A DNA stretch of 64,000 bases from the NCBI GenBank assembly GCA_965279035.1, contig OZ257142.1:2688001-2752000 (forward strand). Direction: 5' to 3'. Below, in pieces: positions 34,701-44,495 of the stretch. The first letter of the stretch is position 1. Every line of letters starts with the position of its first letter. The position numbers and the translations under genes were made by a program. The notes beneath the pieces were generated by a model. The model was not told the DNA's origin. It did not search any database and saw nothing but the letters and a program-made list of their open reading frames with translations. Origin of the DNA: Bacteroidia bacterium. GTDB lineage: Bacteria; Bacteroidota; Bacteroidia; M30B66.

Positions 34701-35133
34701 TTCGGTAATTCAAGGAATGCAGTTTTATCAGTGGATTAATTGCGCTACAAATGAACCTATTGAAGGCGCTTCATCTCAAGTGTTTATTCCAACATCCAAC
34801 GGATCATATAAAGTGAATGTATTGACAATAAATGGATGCATTAAAACATCCGATTGCTATACAATCAGTACCTTAGGAATTATTGAACTTTCTCCTTCAG
34901 ATATACGATTGTATCCCAATCCTGCTAATGAACAAATTACCATTGTACACCCTCAAGTAAGTGGTCAAATCTATATCACCGATTTAGCTGGTAGAATGGT
35001 AGGTGAACAAGCTATTTCCAATGGCTCATCAACACTTATAAACACGACTTATTTGTCTTCTGGCAACTATTTGGTAAAGTTTGTTTCGAATAAATTTCAA
35101 CCAATTACTATACGATTTTCGGTGATCAAATAG
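31747..35133 (+). CDS. Secreted LRR + DUF7619-like + GCDS-repeat protein with T9SS CTD (paralog 2)
   Basis: 1,128 aa, same architecture as 18707-22156 with ~16 LRRs. Near-identical caps (WLQGNGYAGCLSGN; NPNIMCLPAIEKF; SIDTLPLCGIFSNP). Confidence 0.9.
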   Translation: MNKILLSLIVLLTILFVPTKSNAQLVSVSNGFATWLQGNGYAGCLSGNMLDGSCPLVINATKINCSYANIQDLSGLEVFQNLDTLIANYSGLTTISYLPNTLTYLELEYNSINTISSFPNSLLLIGIQYNQLESIPSLPTMLKYFDCSYNHLTALPSLPNSITQLDASYNSISTIYSLPDSALGINLSNNQFQSIPTLPQNLINLDVSSNSLNSLPQLNNLPQLNKVVCSNNVLTNIPILPNTLTELYCDFNSITSLPTLSQNLISLECNNNYLTYLPSLENLQYLVCSNNNLSNGLPTLPSTLKSLLCENDSLHTLPALNSNLQVLYCSNNLLDSIPTIYNQLYDLRCMHNQLTTLPNLPTNLKYLDCSFNNINNLPNLPQNLYLFLIRNNPNIMCLPAIEKFIGYGPFSIENTGIICLPNYIEHSYSIPSIDTLPLCGIFSNPNGCEIAWNVAGQIHRDDNSDCVRQTSEPAIEQVKVQLILAGVVVQQVYSNFAGFYSFNTDLNEYEIKIDTTNLPFDIICPNTNSYIFNPFGPDTLDFSSNFALQCKPGFDLTSRYIVHYNGLFFPNQVANVYFSAGDLAQYYGVNCNTEGLAGTIKAWFSGPESFNTIPQGWTLNNDTLSLALNDISQLNIEDHYHLSFLTDTFPPAGSQFCLTINIQANGIDNNPINNTITHCFDVINSFDPNFKEVYPSTVEEAGLWHTYTIHFQNTGTAPAINILLKDTLDSQLNWASFEKLGSSHTLFTQVLENGIVHFNFPNIFLADSTSNEPESHGWVQYRIKTKDDLSGVQTIHNKASIYFDFNEPVVTNDAIIRLCSPTQLYQNILLCHGDSLKVGNTWFINEGEYSTAMSSIYGCDSTVNTTLQFRSIIENAYTQQICQGESIIIDGITYDSAGVFSRIYSSVHGCDSTVTMTLILGQPATSTQHYTLCEGDTLILNNQTFTSADNFTTTYNSSFGCDSIVTTDITLLPVDFDVYVNDPVLSVIQGMQFYQWINCATNEPIEGASSQVFIPTSNGSYKVNVLTINGCIKTSDCYTISTLGIIELSPSDIRLYPNPANEQITIVHPQVSGQIYITDLAGRMVGEQAISNGSSTLINTTYLSSGNYLVKFVSNKFQPITIRFSVIK
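32388..32423 (+). repeat. Perfect 18-bp tandem duplication inside an LRR
   Basis: TTTACCTCAATTGAATAA x2, encoding LPQLNNLPQLNK. Confidence 0.85.
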
Positions 35134-35163
35134 TTAGCTAGACTAATTATTAATATTCGAAAT

Positions 35164-35733
35164 ATGACTTACGACTACTTAGAAAGTCTAAAAAAACAAT
35201 TCGAGTATTATAAAATGCTCGGTGATAAAACATTTACCCAAATTGAAGACGATAATTTATTTTGGAAATTTAATGAAGACAGTAATAGCATTGGAACAAT
35301 AGTGAAACATCTATAGGGAAATATGCTGTCAAGATGGACTGATTTTTTAACGACAGATGGAGAAAAAGAATGGAGAAATCGTGATGCTGAATTTGAAAAT
35401 GACATTACAACACGTCAAGAACTTATTGATAAATGGGAAGAAGGTTGGAAATGTTTATTTAATGCACTGAACTCATTGACATCTGAGGACTTGCAAAAAG
35501 AAATTTTCATTCGTAATCAAGGGCACACTATAATTGAAGCTATATTCAGGCAACTTGCTCATTATGCTTATCATGTTGGACAAATTGTATTTATTGGAAA
35601 AATGGCAACAAATAATCATTGGAATTCATTGTCAATTCCAAAAGGACAATCAATTTCTTACAATGCTGATAAATTTTCAAAGCCTAAACAAAAAGGTCAT
35701 TTTACAGATGAATATATTAACAAGGAGAAGTAA
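35164..35733 (+). pseudogene. DUF1572 / DinB-like protein with an in-frame amber codon
   Basis: ATG 35164 gives MTYDYLESLKKQFEYYKMLGDKTF...SNSIGTIVKHL*GNMLSRWTDF...QLAHYAYHVGQIV. TAG 35314-35316 is one change from TGG (family KHLWGNM). Read-through gives 189 aa. Confidence 0.82.
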
Positions 35734-35889
35734 TAAACCGCCTTCATCTAAATACAACTTGCTGGCATTTTTGTTCTCTAAATCATTATTTTAAAAAGGA
35801 CTTTTTCATTTGTTTTAACACCATTAAGAAATTTGTTTTTGAATTGCCTTATCGTCGGATTGATAGATAAATCGCATATTTCAAAATAA

Positions 35890-38800
35890 TTAGTTTGTAA
35901 TTATTAGTTTTTGAACAAGGTTCGCGTTTTCCACTTTTAGGGAAAGGAAATAAATACCATTTGACAATACGTTGGTTACATTCAATGGAAGTGTAATTGA
36001 ATTCGCATTAGTTTGCATTTCAAATTCCTGATTGAAGACATTTTTCCCTTCTAGACTGTGAATGGAAATTGTTATAGATTGATTAACGTGTGATTGGAAA
36101 TTCCCTTTAATTACAAATTGTCCATTCGAAGGATTCGGATAAATGGAGATAGAATTACCAGACTGATTGCTGATGTGATTAATGACATCTATAACAAGCG
36201 TATCGCTTAGGAATGAATTCACTGGATTACATAAGAATGTGCTTTCAAGTTCCAGCGTAATAATATCACCCGATGCAGGATTTTCATCTAAATAATAAGG
36301 TTCATTTCCAACGATAATTCCATTTTTTCTCCAAATATAAATTGGAAGTATTCCAATATCATCAATAGTTGAAGTATACAAAATTGAAGTGCCTTCGTTA
36401 ACAATAATACCAGGCATTGCATGAATTTCAATATGAGGTGTAAACACTGGTATAAAATCAACTTCAAGTGTATTTGAGTAAACTGATTCCGAGCTAACAC
36501 ATTGCTCAGAACTTACTAAAGTGCAGAGTACTTCATCTCCATCTTGAAGTGATGATGAAACATAGATTGAATCTGTATTGGATAAATCGGTATTACCGTT
36601 TACAGACCAAACAAACGCTGGAGAAGTCCCTCCGTGCGTATAATTCGATACAAAGTTTATTGGTTCACCAATACAGGAATACGCATCATTATTTGTAATT
36701 GTTATTATTGGAAAAATGGTTGGTTTTTTTATTAATGTAATTGTTTGACTAGTATCAACAGATGATGTCACACAAATTAAATTGGATGTTAGAGTGCAAT
36801 AAAGTAGTGTAGTATCGGAATTAATTACTGAATTAATACTTGCTCCACTATTTAAAAGCTCACCATTTCCATACCATTGAATTAATGGATTAGTCCCCAT
36901 GTTTGTGCCTATTGAACTATATGATAGTGTATCATTTTCACAGAATGAATATTGGGATAAAGGAGCATTTATTGTAACCGTTGGTGTTACATTGGCAACA
37001 ATATCAACACTGATAGAATTACTTTGAACAGTTTCAATTAAAGGACAAACATCAGAACTATTAACAACACATCGAACTTGATCATTATCCGAAAATACAT
37101 TCGAACTAAGCGTTAGGGAATTAGTTAAAAGAACATTATTATTTCTATACCAATTGATAATAGGATTTGATCCTGCATTTGAAATTGAAGCATTAAAAGT
37201 GATTTGACTTCCTTGGCACAATTGGCCGTTTGATAATGTTGAAATAGAAACAGCAGATTCGGAAACAGTATTAATTAAAAGTTGAGATTCATTTGATATT
37301 ATAGAATCAGCATCAATGTATGCGATGCATCGGAAAAAAGTACTATCAATACTAAGGGGTGGATGAGAAATGAATAGTTCATTCTGATTAGCACCATTAT
37401 AAAGTGAATCATTTTGGAGACTCACCCAAATGCCATCAACTAAATGTTGCCATTTGAAATTAAAATCTTGATTATTTGCAAAATTAAAAGCAAAAGAAAC
37501 ACTTTCACCATTACAAATATTCTGGGTTACCGGTTGAATTATGGGAGTATAAATGGATGTTATTGATGTTGATTCACCGAGTTGATATGTCCCAAACTCA
37601 TTGCTAATGTTATTGATTGTGAGTAAACCTGACTGAGAGATACTTGAACCAAATGTTGTCCAGATGCCATTTTCCAGAATAGCTGCCTTAAAATTAAGTT
37701 CATTGGATAATGTATCAATCGCTGTTGAAGGCCATCTAAATTTCATGGTTAAATTGGGAGAGAAATTGAAATCATCGATTTTCTCTAGCTGGAAATAATA
37801 ATTCAAGGATTTGTTTGAATCAATGGATGATTGAGCAATCAAAGGATGGTCTCCTTCATTAATTGAAATTTTAAATGCTCCTTGAGTAGTAACAGCTGGC
37901 TCATTAAATTCAACAGGTAAATAGGTAGTGAGGGTTCCTAATGGAATTACTTTATTATAAGAATAATAAACATTTTTAGGGCTATACTTACCAACTAACC
38001 AACCATTTCCATTCACATTGTTGCTATTATCATTTACAAGTAAATCTGTAGTTAATGTATGTTGACCAAAATTCAATTTCCCTTTTAATAACAATGCTCT
38101 ATAATTAACCTTTACATCACCAATTTGAAATACAACGCCTTCATATGATGTGTTTCGTACGTTAATCTCACTTAAGTTAGTGTTGTAATATGAAATAAAT
38201 GTTCCTTGCCCTGTTACATATTGAGGAACTAAAACGTCATTATATTCATTATTTGCCCTATTGATAAATAGCAAACTAGAATTTTCAAAAACCGCTCCTT
38301 CATTAACTGCTATATTCCCACCAATTGTAAGGCGTCCCATATAAAGCGCACCATCATTATTCATGGTGAAATCATGCAATACATCCAAATAAGATTGATT
38401 CAGAAATCGCGTTTTTTGACCAGGTGTGCCGTTTAAAATGATGTTGCTAAAAATCAAGGTACTGGATGCAGAGGAATTATAAGAAGAATTTAAAAGGTTA
38501 AATTCATTTAACAGTGTGGTATCCGTTGAGATTCCATCACCCAAAATTAAGATATGCCCATTCCCAACTTCATACAACGGATTTACAAAATTGAGTTGAT
38601 TATTCAACAAATCTAGCTTGATTGTGTATTGACTGAAAATTGGATCTATGACCTTAATTGTTCCATCATTTAAATGGAAATCATAGGATGAAAATGTAAG
38701 TGCTGCTTTTGTTGTTAGACTTTCATTTATGTTGCCTCCTGCATTTCCATCTAACACAATCTCCCCTCCATTTTGAATAAAGGTAGAATTGAGTGGATTG

Positions 38801-41800
38801 TATATATAACCATTGATAGTGCAGATACCTGCTTCTATTTCAAAGATTCCATTATTGATAAATGGCGCTTTTCCTCCACCTTCATTACCTATATCAACAC
38901 TTGTCCCATTAAAATAGAATTTACCAAAGGATACAATACTATCGGCTACAGTTAAGGAATTCAGAATATTTAGTTCACTATATACCGAAATGGTAATGGA
39001 TTTACACGCTTGAACATCGGACACAGTTACGTGATCACCTTCCGAAATAAGAACATTATCAGAAAAATTAGGTACACTAGCTATATTCCATGTAGCTGGA
39101 TTGTTCCAATCACCATCGCTTACTGAATAAATAAAATGAGGAACTGGTTCATTCGAACCGATTGAAAATCCTTCGTTTGTTAAATCACTTAATGATAAAC
39201 GATTTCTGACAGCCCAGTAATTTGAATTAATAAACTGAGAAGGTGCAAACAGCCCTGCAACAGTATCAGCTTGAATTATATGAAGAGAAGAATCTGCATT
39301 CTCAACTGAATTATATTCAACTGCTGCTAATTTCAATACAAAAGAAGAATCTGCTAGTAATAATCCATCTTCAGCGGTTACTATCCAATTTGGGTTGATT
39401 CGGTTTATAACTGTATCCACACCATCAATGATAGGGTTTGTAAGCGATGTAAATCCATTTTGCCCTTCCATTCGAATTGAAATACTTCCTTTATGAAGAA
39501 GACTAGTACTAGTATTTAATCCTATGTATGTTGAGCGATCAAAACCATTGTAAAGAATCGGAATAGTAGAAGCAATTGCGCTAGTAGCCCAATTTTTAAT
39601 TCCCCCAGTACTTAAAACAAAATGATGCCTTTGATAAAAATTATTAAAATATATTACTCCATTAGCTGTTGAATCACCAATAGTAAGTATGTGTTCATTC
39701 AGTATTAAATTTCCTCTTGACATAGTTACCGATTTAACACTTCTATCAAATGGAAGTGTTATTCCATTTAATGCCGTTGAATTAATAATGAGTCTGTGTG
39801 GACCAAATTGGGCAGGATATAAATTGTCGCTAATGGTTGCATCTAAGGGAGTAATATAGTTTAGTCCGCCTCCATTTGAGTATTTTATGGTGTCGGAAGT
39901 TGTAATTGGCTGAAGGGCTTGCGTAGCAATTGCAATTTCAGAAAGTCCTGTAACATTAAAAGATGAAACCGCACCTCCATTCATATTCAATAAAATGCCA
40001 TCAGGATTACTGATTTTATAAGAAATCCCTCCAGTAGGTGTTGAAACTAAATTCACCACTTGTTGCCCCATTTGACCATTAAAATCAAATGTCATAATGT
40101 AAAAAGATGACGAATAGGATATTAGTCCCGCTTCTTGATTAAACGTTCCTGCAACAGCAAGTAATAAATTGCCATTATTCGATGAGTTTTTGACAAAATC
40201 TAAGCTTCCTCCTAGTTGATGGAAATTATTTATTTCAATTGGATTATTAAAAACGAGTACGCGCAATCGTGCAGTACCAGATGATTCTAACGTACATGTC
40301 CCCTTTACATTAGGCATATAATAAACCCAAAGATCAGTTGTTTGATTATTCAGATTAAATAAAATATCATTTACTGTTGGCATATTCGTAAATGAAATAC
40401 TTGTGCATTTTCCATGTATTTGAACATTGACATCTGGTGCATAATAGGCTGAAGGAAAAATAACATTTGTTCCATTCACCTGATATTCAATATTTCCATA
40501 TATTTTCAAACTACTTGTGTTAGAAGTTATATAAGGATTCCTAATGATTCTAAAGGTCCCCGTTGATGTTACTTCAGTCTTTCCACCTGTTGCTAATAAA
40601 TAATTAGTATTTAGTCCTGACTTCATTTCAAGCACACCGGCAATTTGGTTATAACCATGACCCAAATTCAAAGTCAATTGGTATATAGAATCTTCAATAA
40701 TTAAACGAGAACCTTGGTCAATAACTAATTGCGTGCTATCGGCTATTAAACAAAAATTTAATTTCAGTTGATTGGCTGATGCTGTTGAAAATGTAACGCA
40801 TGTAGAGTTTGAAATACTTAATCGAGCAATCGTTTGTGTTGGAACATTTATAACTGTATCTGTTTGACCAGTTGAAAATTTGAGCCAATCGGTAAATAAA
40901 GGAGTTGTCCGAGCTGGGACCCAATTACCTGCTAATTGAAAATCGTTGTTAATTGCACCCGACCACTGATACACATTGCTGCTAGTGAATGTCCCTGTAT
41001 AATCTGTATTTGCTAAAGAATATGCAGTTGTTGTAAGGGTATCTGATTGTAAAGTTTGAGTCTCATAGATAGTACCAATGGATTGCCATGAACCCGAATG
41101 AAAGCTATGAGGAAGAAAATATAAATAATCACCCACAATATCTTCAGTTAGGTAATTGGTTTTTAATGAATAGGTCATGATTGCATTTGCACCATCATCC
41201 TGAAATGTCCAATATCTTTTTAAGTAATTCGTTGAAATATTTGAGGGATGCGTTGCGTTTAACACACCAACAGTAATGGTTCGTTGCACAGCATTATCTC
41301 TATAGTAGAAATCAAGACCTGTAGCTTGAGCAACATTGGAAGTACTAAAAGTCCCCATTGGGAATTTGATTGTAGAACTAATATTCGGATATAAAATATG
41401 TTTCACTCTTCCAATTCCGTTGACTACTATCATTCGATCAACTAATGGATTCATATTGCTGAATTGGGAAACTATTGATTGCTTAATGAGTAGATTACTT
41501 GAATTAAGCAGCAAAAGGCCTTTTGCCAAGTCTAAATTATTCACCTCTTTATTTGTAGTGAATTGCAATTGCTTTGCTAGGCCAGTTCCTGTGAGGTTTA
41601 CACGTAATGTACTTGGTCCATTAAAATCAGGCCATTCAACAGACGTTATTTGCAACAGATTTGTACCCGAATACTCTAAGGTTGATGCTGTTGGATGATA
41701 AGAAATATGTCCTGCATTCGCATCGAAATGCCCATTTATTATGGTGACATGAGAAAGTGAATCAAGCGCAATATCATTTACCAGTTTAACACCTTGGGCA

Positions 41801-43851
41801 TTATTTAAAATCAGGTTTACCGATCCTGTGATACCCGATCCAAAATTAACGTCTTGATGCAATGCACCACTAAAGCTAAGTCCATCTGCATTAAATGCTT
41901 TAAATTGTGCACTATTTGAAACAATTAAATTTCTATAGATTGTAAGTTGTATGCTATTTGAATAAAAGCTAGATAAATTAAAAATCCCACCATTTATATA
42001 CGTATTTCCATAAACACTTAATCCGTCGTTGGTAGGTTCAATTGCAAATTTGCCATCATCTTGAATAAAATCTCCGAATATTTTAGTAGCACCATTTTCT
42101 ATTAATTTTCCGTTGGTGTTTACTACTCGATAATTATTTAATACAGTATCTATTTCTATGGTCGTTTGATACGATTGTTGATTTGGACAATCGTAAATAA
42201 AATGTCCGAGAGTGGTACCTGTTGGGAATGAAAAGTTTCCTGTTTCTATTCCCGTTAGCTTAAATATTGATTGACTCTTGAAAAGAGCTGTTGGGGCATT
42301 TCCACCATCTCTTGCGTGAATATAGGTTCCTCCAGCTTCAAAAGTGAGATTGGATTTGTTTCCATTATTCACTACTGCCGTATAGGGTCCAATTTGTTTT
42401 ATTTCTCCAAATACAGATGTTGAAGAATACGTTGCATCATAATAGGCCAATTCTGATAAATTCAATTTCCCATTAATTTCAGCAGTCGCATTTTGATAAG
42501 ATACGAATTGAATTCCACCATAAATTGTTGCATTAAAATCAAGTTCAGATCCTGTTTCAATTTTTAGTTTTTTTCGAATACTCAAGAAACAATTTCCTCC
42601 ATCAAATGAGTAATGTCCATTCCCATCTATCCTTAAAACACTAATTTCTTGATCAGGTACATTTGTGACATTCACATTCCCACCCGAAAAGATTAAAGTA
42701 TCATCAATCATGGGTGTATAGCGAGCAGGAAACCAACTTCCAGAAGATTGAAAGTTGGCAGAACCAGTAGTCGGAATAAAGGTGTATTGTTTAGCGGAAA
42801 ATGACCTGAATCGATTACTTATTGCTGAACTTGTATTATAAATAGGGCCATTTTCACAACCAAAATCATAATAAGCAAAAACAGTATAACGATACCAAGT
42901 GTTGTGTTGAGTAAAATTGGAAAAATTATTAGAGTGACCATTATAGACTACTTGTCCATTTCCAATTAGCTGATTGAGCGTATAAGAAACAGAATCTTGG
43001 GGCAAAGTATTTAGAGGTTGATCATTCGTTCGAACAACCAAGTATTTACAATTTGATAGAGGTTCAAACGACACACTCATGTTTGAATAATTGGCAACAC
43101 AGGATAGTGATGTAGGGACATCAACGGGTGGTGTACATATCCCATATTGAGGGATGCTATAACTAAAAACTAAGCCTGTGCTTGGAACATTGCCCGGTGA
43201 AGAAGTAATATTGTCTGTATTTGAAGTACTTAATGTGGTAGAATTCCAATTACCTGTTGCACTTGAGCGCGACTGGAAATTGGAGTTACTCAATGAACGA
43301 ATTCCGACTTCAGCTGAAAAGGAAACTGAGGACTGGCAATTAGAATAACTAAATCGAATTTGATTTGTTGATTCAAACAATTTTATTTGGAAAGTGAGGC
43401 TACTTGAACCCGAATGATTCACATCCATATTTCGCCACTCGATTGTATAAACACGCGAGGGAGCTGCACCAGTAGCTAAAACACGTATATCAGAAGAAGC
43501 AGTTCCATTTAAATTGCATCCTAAAGGACTAATACTAATAAGGCTAGAATTCAAATTTGAAATTGGATTCTGATTGATATATCCATCAGATCCAAGTGAG
43601 ATAAAGCCATTCGCGCATACTTTAGCGTAGGTATAAGGAGCATCATCAAAACTAAAACTAAATGGAAGGGCTACTAGATAAAGTTGGCTTTCCAAACTGG
43701 TTCCAGAACCTAATACAGTTCCTCCCAAAATACCTTGGTAATTACTATTGGATTGCTCAAAAACATATTCTTCTATGTTTTGAGCTTTACTGTTTTTATT
43801 TATTGAAATACTGATTAATAACAGCAATAATATATACCAGCGCTTAAGCAT
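35890..43851 (-). CDS. Giant (2,653 aa) T9SS-secreted surface protein / putative adhesin (paralog 2, intact)
   Basis: Signal peptide, N-domain LPFSFSF..ANGFISLG..TIEWRNM..FQIKLFE, FN3-like module, long beta-strand-rich region, G8-like YSVSDGDWNNPATW, Ig/PKD-like repeats, IYPNPSNG..NGIYFL CTD. Confidence 0.9.
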   Translation of the reverse strand: MLKRWYILLLLLISISINKNSKAQNIEEYVFEQSNSNYQGILGGTVLGSGTSLESQLYLVALPFSFSFDDAPYTYAKVCANGFISLGSDGYINQNPISNLNSSLISISPLGCNLNGTASSDIRVLATGAAPSRVYTIEWRNMDVNHSGSSSLTFQIKLFESTNQIRFSYSNCQSSVSFSAEVGIRSLSNSNFQSRSSATGNWNSTTLSTSNTDNITSSPGNVPSTGLVFSYSIPQYGICTPPVDVPTSLSCVANYSNMSVSFEPLSNCKYLVVRTNDQPLNTLPQDSVSYTLNQLIGNGQVVYNGHSNNFSNFTQHNTWYRYTVFAYYDFGCENGPIYNTSSAISNRFRSFSAKQYTFIPTTGSANFQSSGSWFPARYTPMIDDTLIFSGGNVNVTNVPDQEISVLRIDGNGHYSFDGGNCFLSIRKKLKIETGSELDFNATIYGGIQFVSYQNATAEINGKLNLSELAYYDATYSSTSVFGEIKQIGPYTAVVNNGNKSNLTFEAGGTYIHARDGGNAPTALFKSQSIFKLTGIETGNFSFPTGTTLGHFIYDCPNQQSYQTTIEIDTVLNNYRVVNTNGKLIENGATKIFGDFIQDDGKFAIEPTNDGLSVYGNTYINGGIFNLSSFYSNSIQLTIYRNLIVSNSAQFKAFNADGLSFSGALHQDVNFGSGITGSVNLILNNAQGVKLVNDIALDSLSHVTIINGHFDANAGHISYHPTASTLEYSGTNLLQITSVEWPDFNGPSTLRVNLTGTGLAKQLQFTTNKEVNNLDLAKGLLLLNSSNLLIKQSIVSQFSNMNPLVDRMIVVNGIGRVKHILYPNISSTIKFPMGTFSTSNVAQATGLDFYYRDNAVQRTITVGVLNATHPSNISTNYLKRYWTFQDDGANAIMTYSLKTNYLTEDIVGDYLYFLPHSFHSGSWQSIGTIYETQTLQSDTLTTTAYSLANTDYTGTFTSSNVYQWSGAINNDFQLAGNWVPARTTPLFTDWLKFSTGQTDTVINVPTQTIARLSISNSTCVTFSTASANQLKLNFCLIADSTQLVIDQGSRLIIEDSIYQLTLNLGHGYNQIAGVLEMKSGLNTNYLLATGGKTEVTSTGTFRIIRNPYITSNTSSLKIYGNIEYQVNGTNVIFPSAYYAPDVNVQIHGKCTSISFTNMPTVNDILFNLNNQTTDLWVYYMPNVKGTCTLESSGTARLRVLVFNNPIEINNFHQLGGSLDFVKNSSNNGNLLLAVAGTFNQEAGLISYSSSFYIMTFDFNGQMGQQVVNLVSTPTGGISYKISNPDGILLNMNGGAVSSFNVTGLSEIAIATQALQPITTSDTIKYSNGGGLNYITPLDATISDNLYPAQFGPHRLIINSTALNGITLPFDRSVKSVTMSRGNLILNEHILTIGDSTANGVIYFNNFYQRHHFVLSTGGIKNWATSAIASTIPILYNGFDRSTYIGLNTSTSLLHKGSISIRMEGQNGFTSLTNPIIDGVDTVINRINPNWIVTAEDGLLLADSSFVLKLAAVEYNSVENADSSLHIIQADTVAGLFAPSQFINSNYWAVRNRLSLSDLTNEGFSIGSNEPVPHFIYSVSDGDWNNPATWNIASVPNFSDNVLISEGDHVTVSDVQACKSITISVYSELNILNSLTVADSIVSFGKFYFNGTSVDIGNEGGGKAPFINNGIFEIEAGICTINGYIYNPLNSTFIQNGGEIVLDGNAGGNINESLTTKAALTFSSYDFHLNDGTIKVIDPIFSQYTIKLDLLNNQLNFVNPLYEVGNGHILILGDGISTDTTLLNEFNLLNSSYNSSASSTLIFSNIILNGTPGQKTRFLNQSYLDVLHDFTMNNDGALYMGRLTIGGNIAVNEGAVFENSSLLFINRANNEYNDVLVPQYVTGQGTFISYYNTNLSEINVRNTSYEGVVFQIGDVKVNYRALLLKGKLNFGQHTLTTDLLVNDNSNNVNGNGWLVGKYSPKNVYYSYNKVIPLGTLTTYLPVEFNEPAVTTQGAFKISINEGDHPLIAQSSIDSNKSLNYYFQLEKIDDFNFSPNLTMKFRWPSTAIDTLSNELNFKAAILENGIWTTFGSSISQSGLLTINNISNEFGTYQLGESTSITSIYTPIIQPVTQNICNGESVSFAFNFANNQDFNFKWQHLVDGIWVSLQNDSLYNGANQNELFISHPPLSIDSTFFRCIAYIDADSIISNESQLLINTVSESAVSISTLSNGQLCQGSQITFNASISNAGSNPIINWYRNNNVLLTNSLTLSSNVFSDNDQVRCVVNSSDVCPLIETVQSNSISVDIVANVTPTVTINAPLSQYSFCENDTLSYSSIGTNMGTNPLIQWYGNGELLNSGASINSVINSDTTLLYCTLTSNLICVTSSVDTSQTITLIKKPTIFPIITITNNDAYSCIGEPINFVSNYTHGGTSPAFVWSVNGNTDLSNTDSIYVSSSLQDGDEVLCTLVSSEQCVSSESVYSNTLEVDFIPVFTPHIEIHAMPGIIVNEGTSILYTSTIDDIGILPIYIWRKNGIIVGNEPYYLDENPASGDIITLELESTFLCNPVNSFLSDTLVIDVINHISNQSGNSISIYPNPSNGQFVIKGNFQSHVNQSITISIHSLEGKNVFNQEFEMQTNANSITLPLNVTNVLSNGIYFLSLKVENANLVQKLIITN

Positions 43852-43867
43852 AATGGAGAATTTTATT

Positions 43868-43875
43868 GCAATATA
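43868..43875 (-). promoter_or_regulatory. Candidate -7 promoter element of giant-protein paralog 2
   Basis: Minus strand TATATTGC, 16 nt before the ATG. Shared with paralog 1. Confidence 0.4.
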
Positions 43876-44495
43876 AACAATATTGACTATTTAAGATTAC
43901 CTATTATTATTACACCTATATCGCTGTTAATTAAATAATTAGATCGAATTGTGGCGATCCACAAAGAAAACTAAAGATAATTGATGTGTTTGTAAATAAG
44001 GAGGCTGTTTGGTTTTGAACTATTTCAAATCATTAGAATCCGAGTTTTTAATAAAACAATTGGATTGGAAAGATTATCATCAATATAAATCTTAATTCTT
44101 CTTTGAAATATTTAAAAATAAATTTTGCTATTTTTTGAAGTGTAAGTTTAAATAGTTAAAACTTGTTTTATTATTATTTTGCTTTACTCGCTTTTAACTA
44201 ATAAAATATGAAAGAAAGCTTTAGTATTAAATTTTCAAATACAAACTTAATTCTACTTTAAATGAGTTTAATATTGAATCCAAATAAATAGATTCATAGT
44301 AGAAATTTCATTGCATAATTAAGTTTGAATAGATATTACAAAAAGGACTTACTATTTTAACAAGCAAATCCTATTTAATTGAATAGACTCATATTCACCT
44401 ATTAAAAAAATCAATACTAACGAAGTCTAACCTCTCCTTACATCTGGTTAATTTAAAGCGGACAATTACTATCTTGCACATCTAATCTGTTATCA

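Noticed and set aside
18707-35133. IpaH/SspH-type E3 ligase effectors, or diversity-generating-retroelement targets
   Set aside because: There is no NEL domain after the LRRs, no reverse transcriptase, and no template/variable repeat pair with adenine-specific differences.
10296-35316. Stop-codon reassignment explaining the in-frame TAA and TAG
   Set aside because: The two stops are different codons replacing different expected residues (Tyr, Trp), each one substitution away. TAA and TAG both end many intact genes here.
43852-44495. 644-bp AT-rich intergenic region with a small palindrome TTGTGG-CGAT-CCACAA (43949-43964)
   Set aside because: No ORF, repeat array or convincing RNA structure. 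A 6-bp stem is expected by chance, and the region is consistent with a divergent promoter region.
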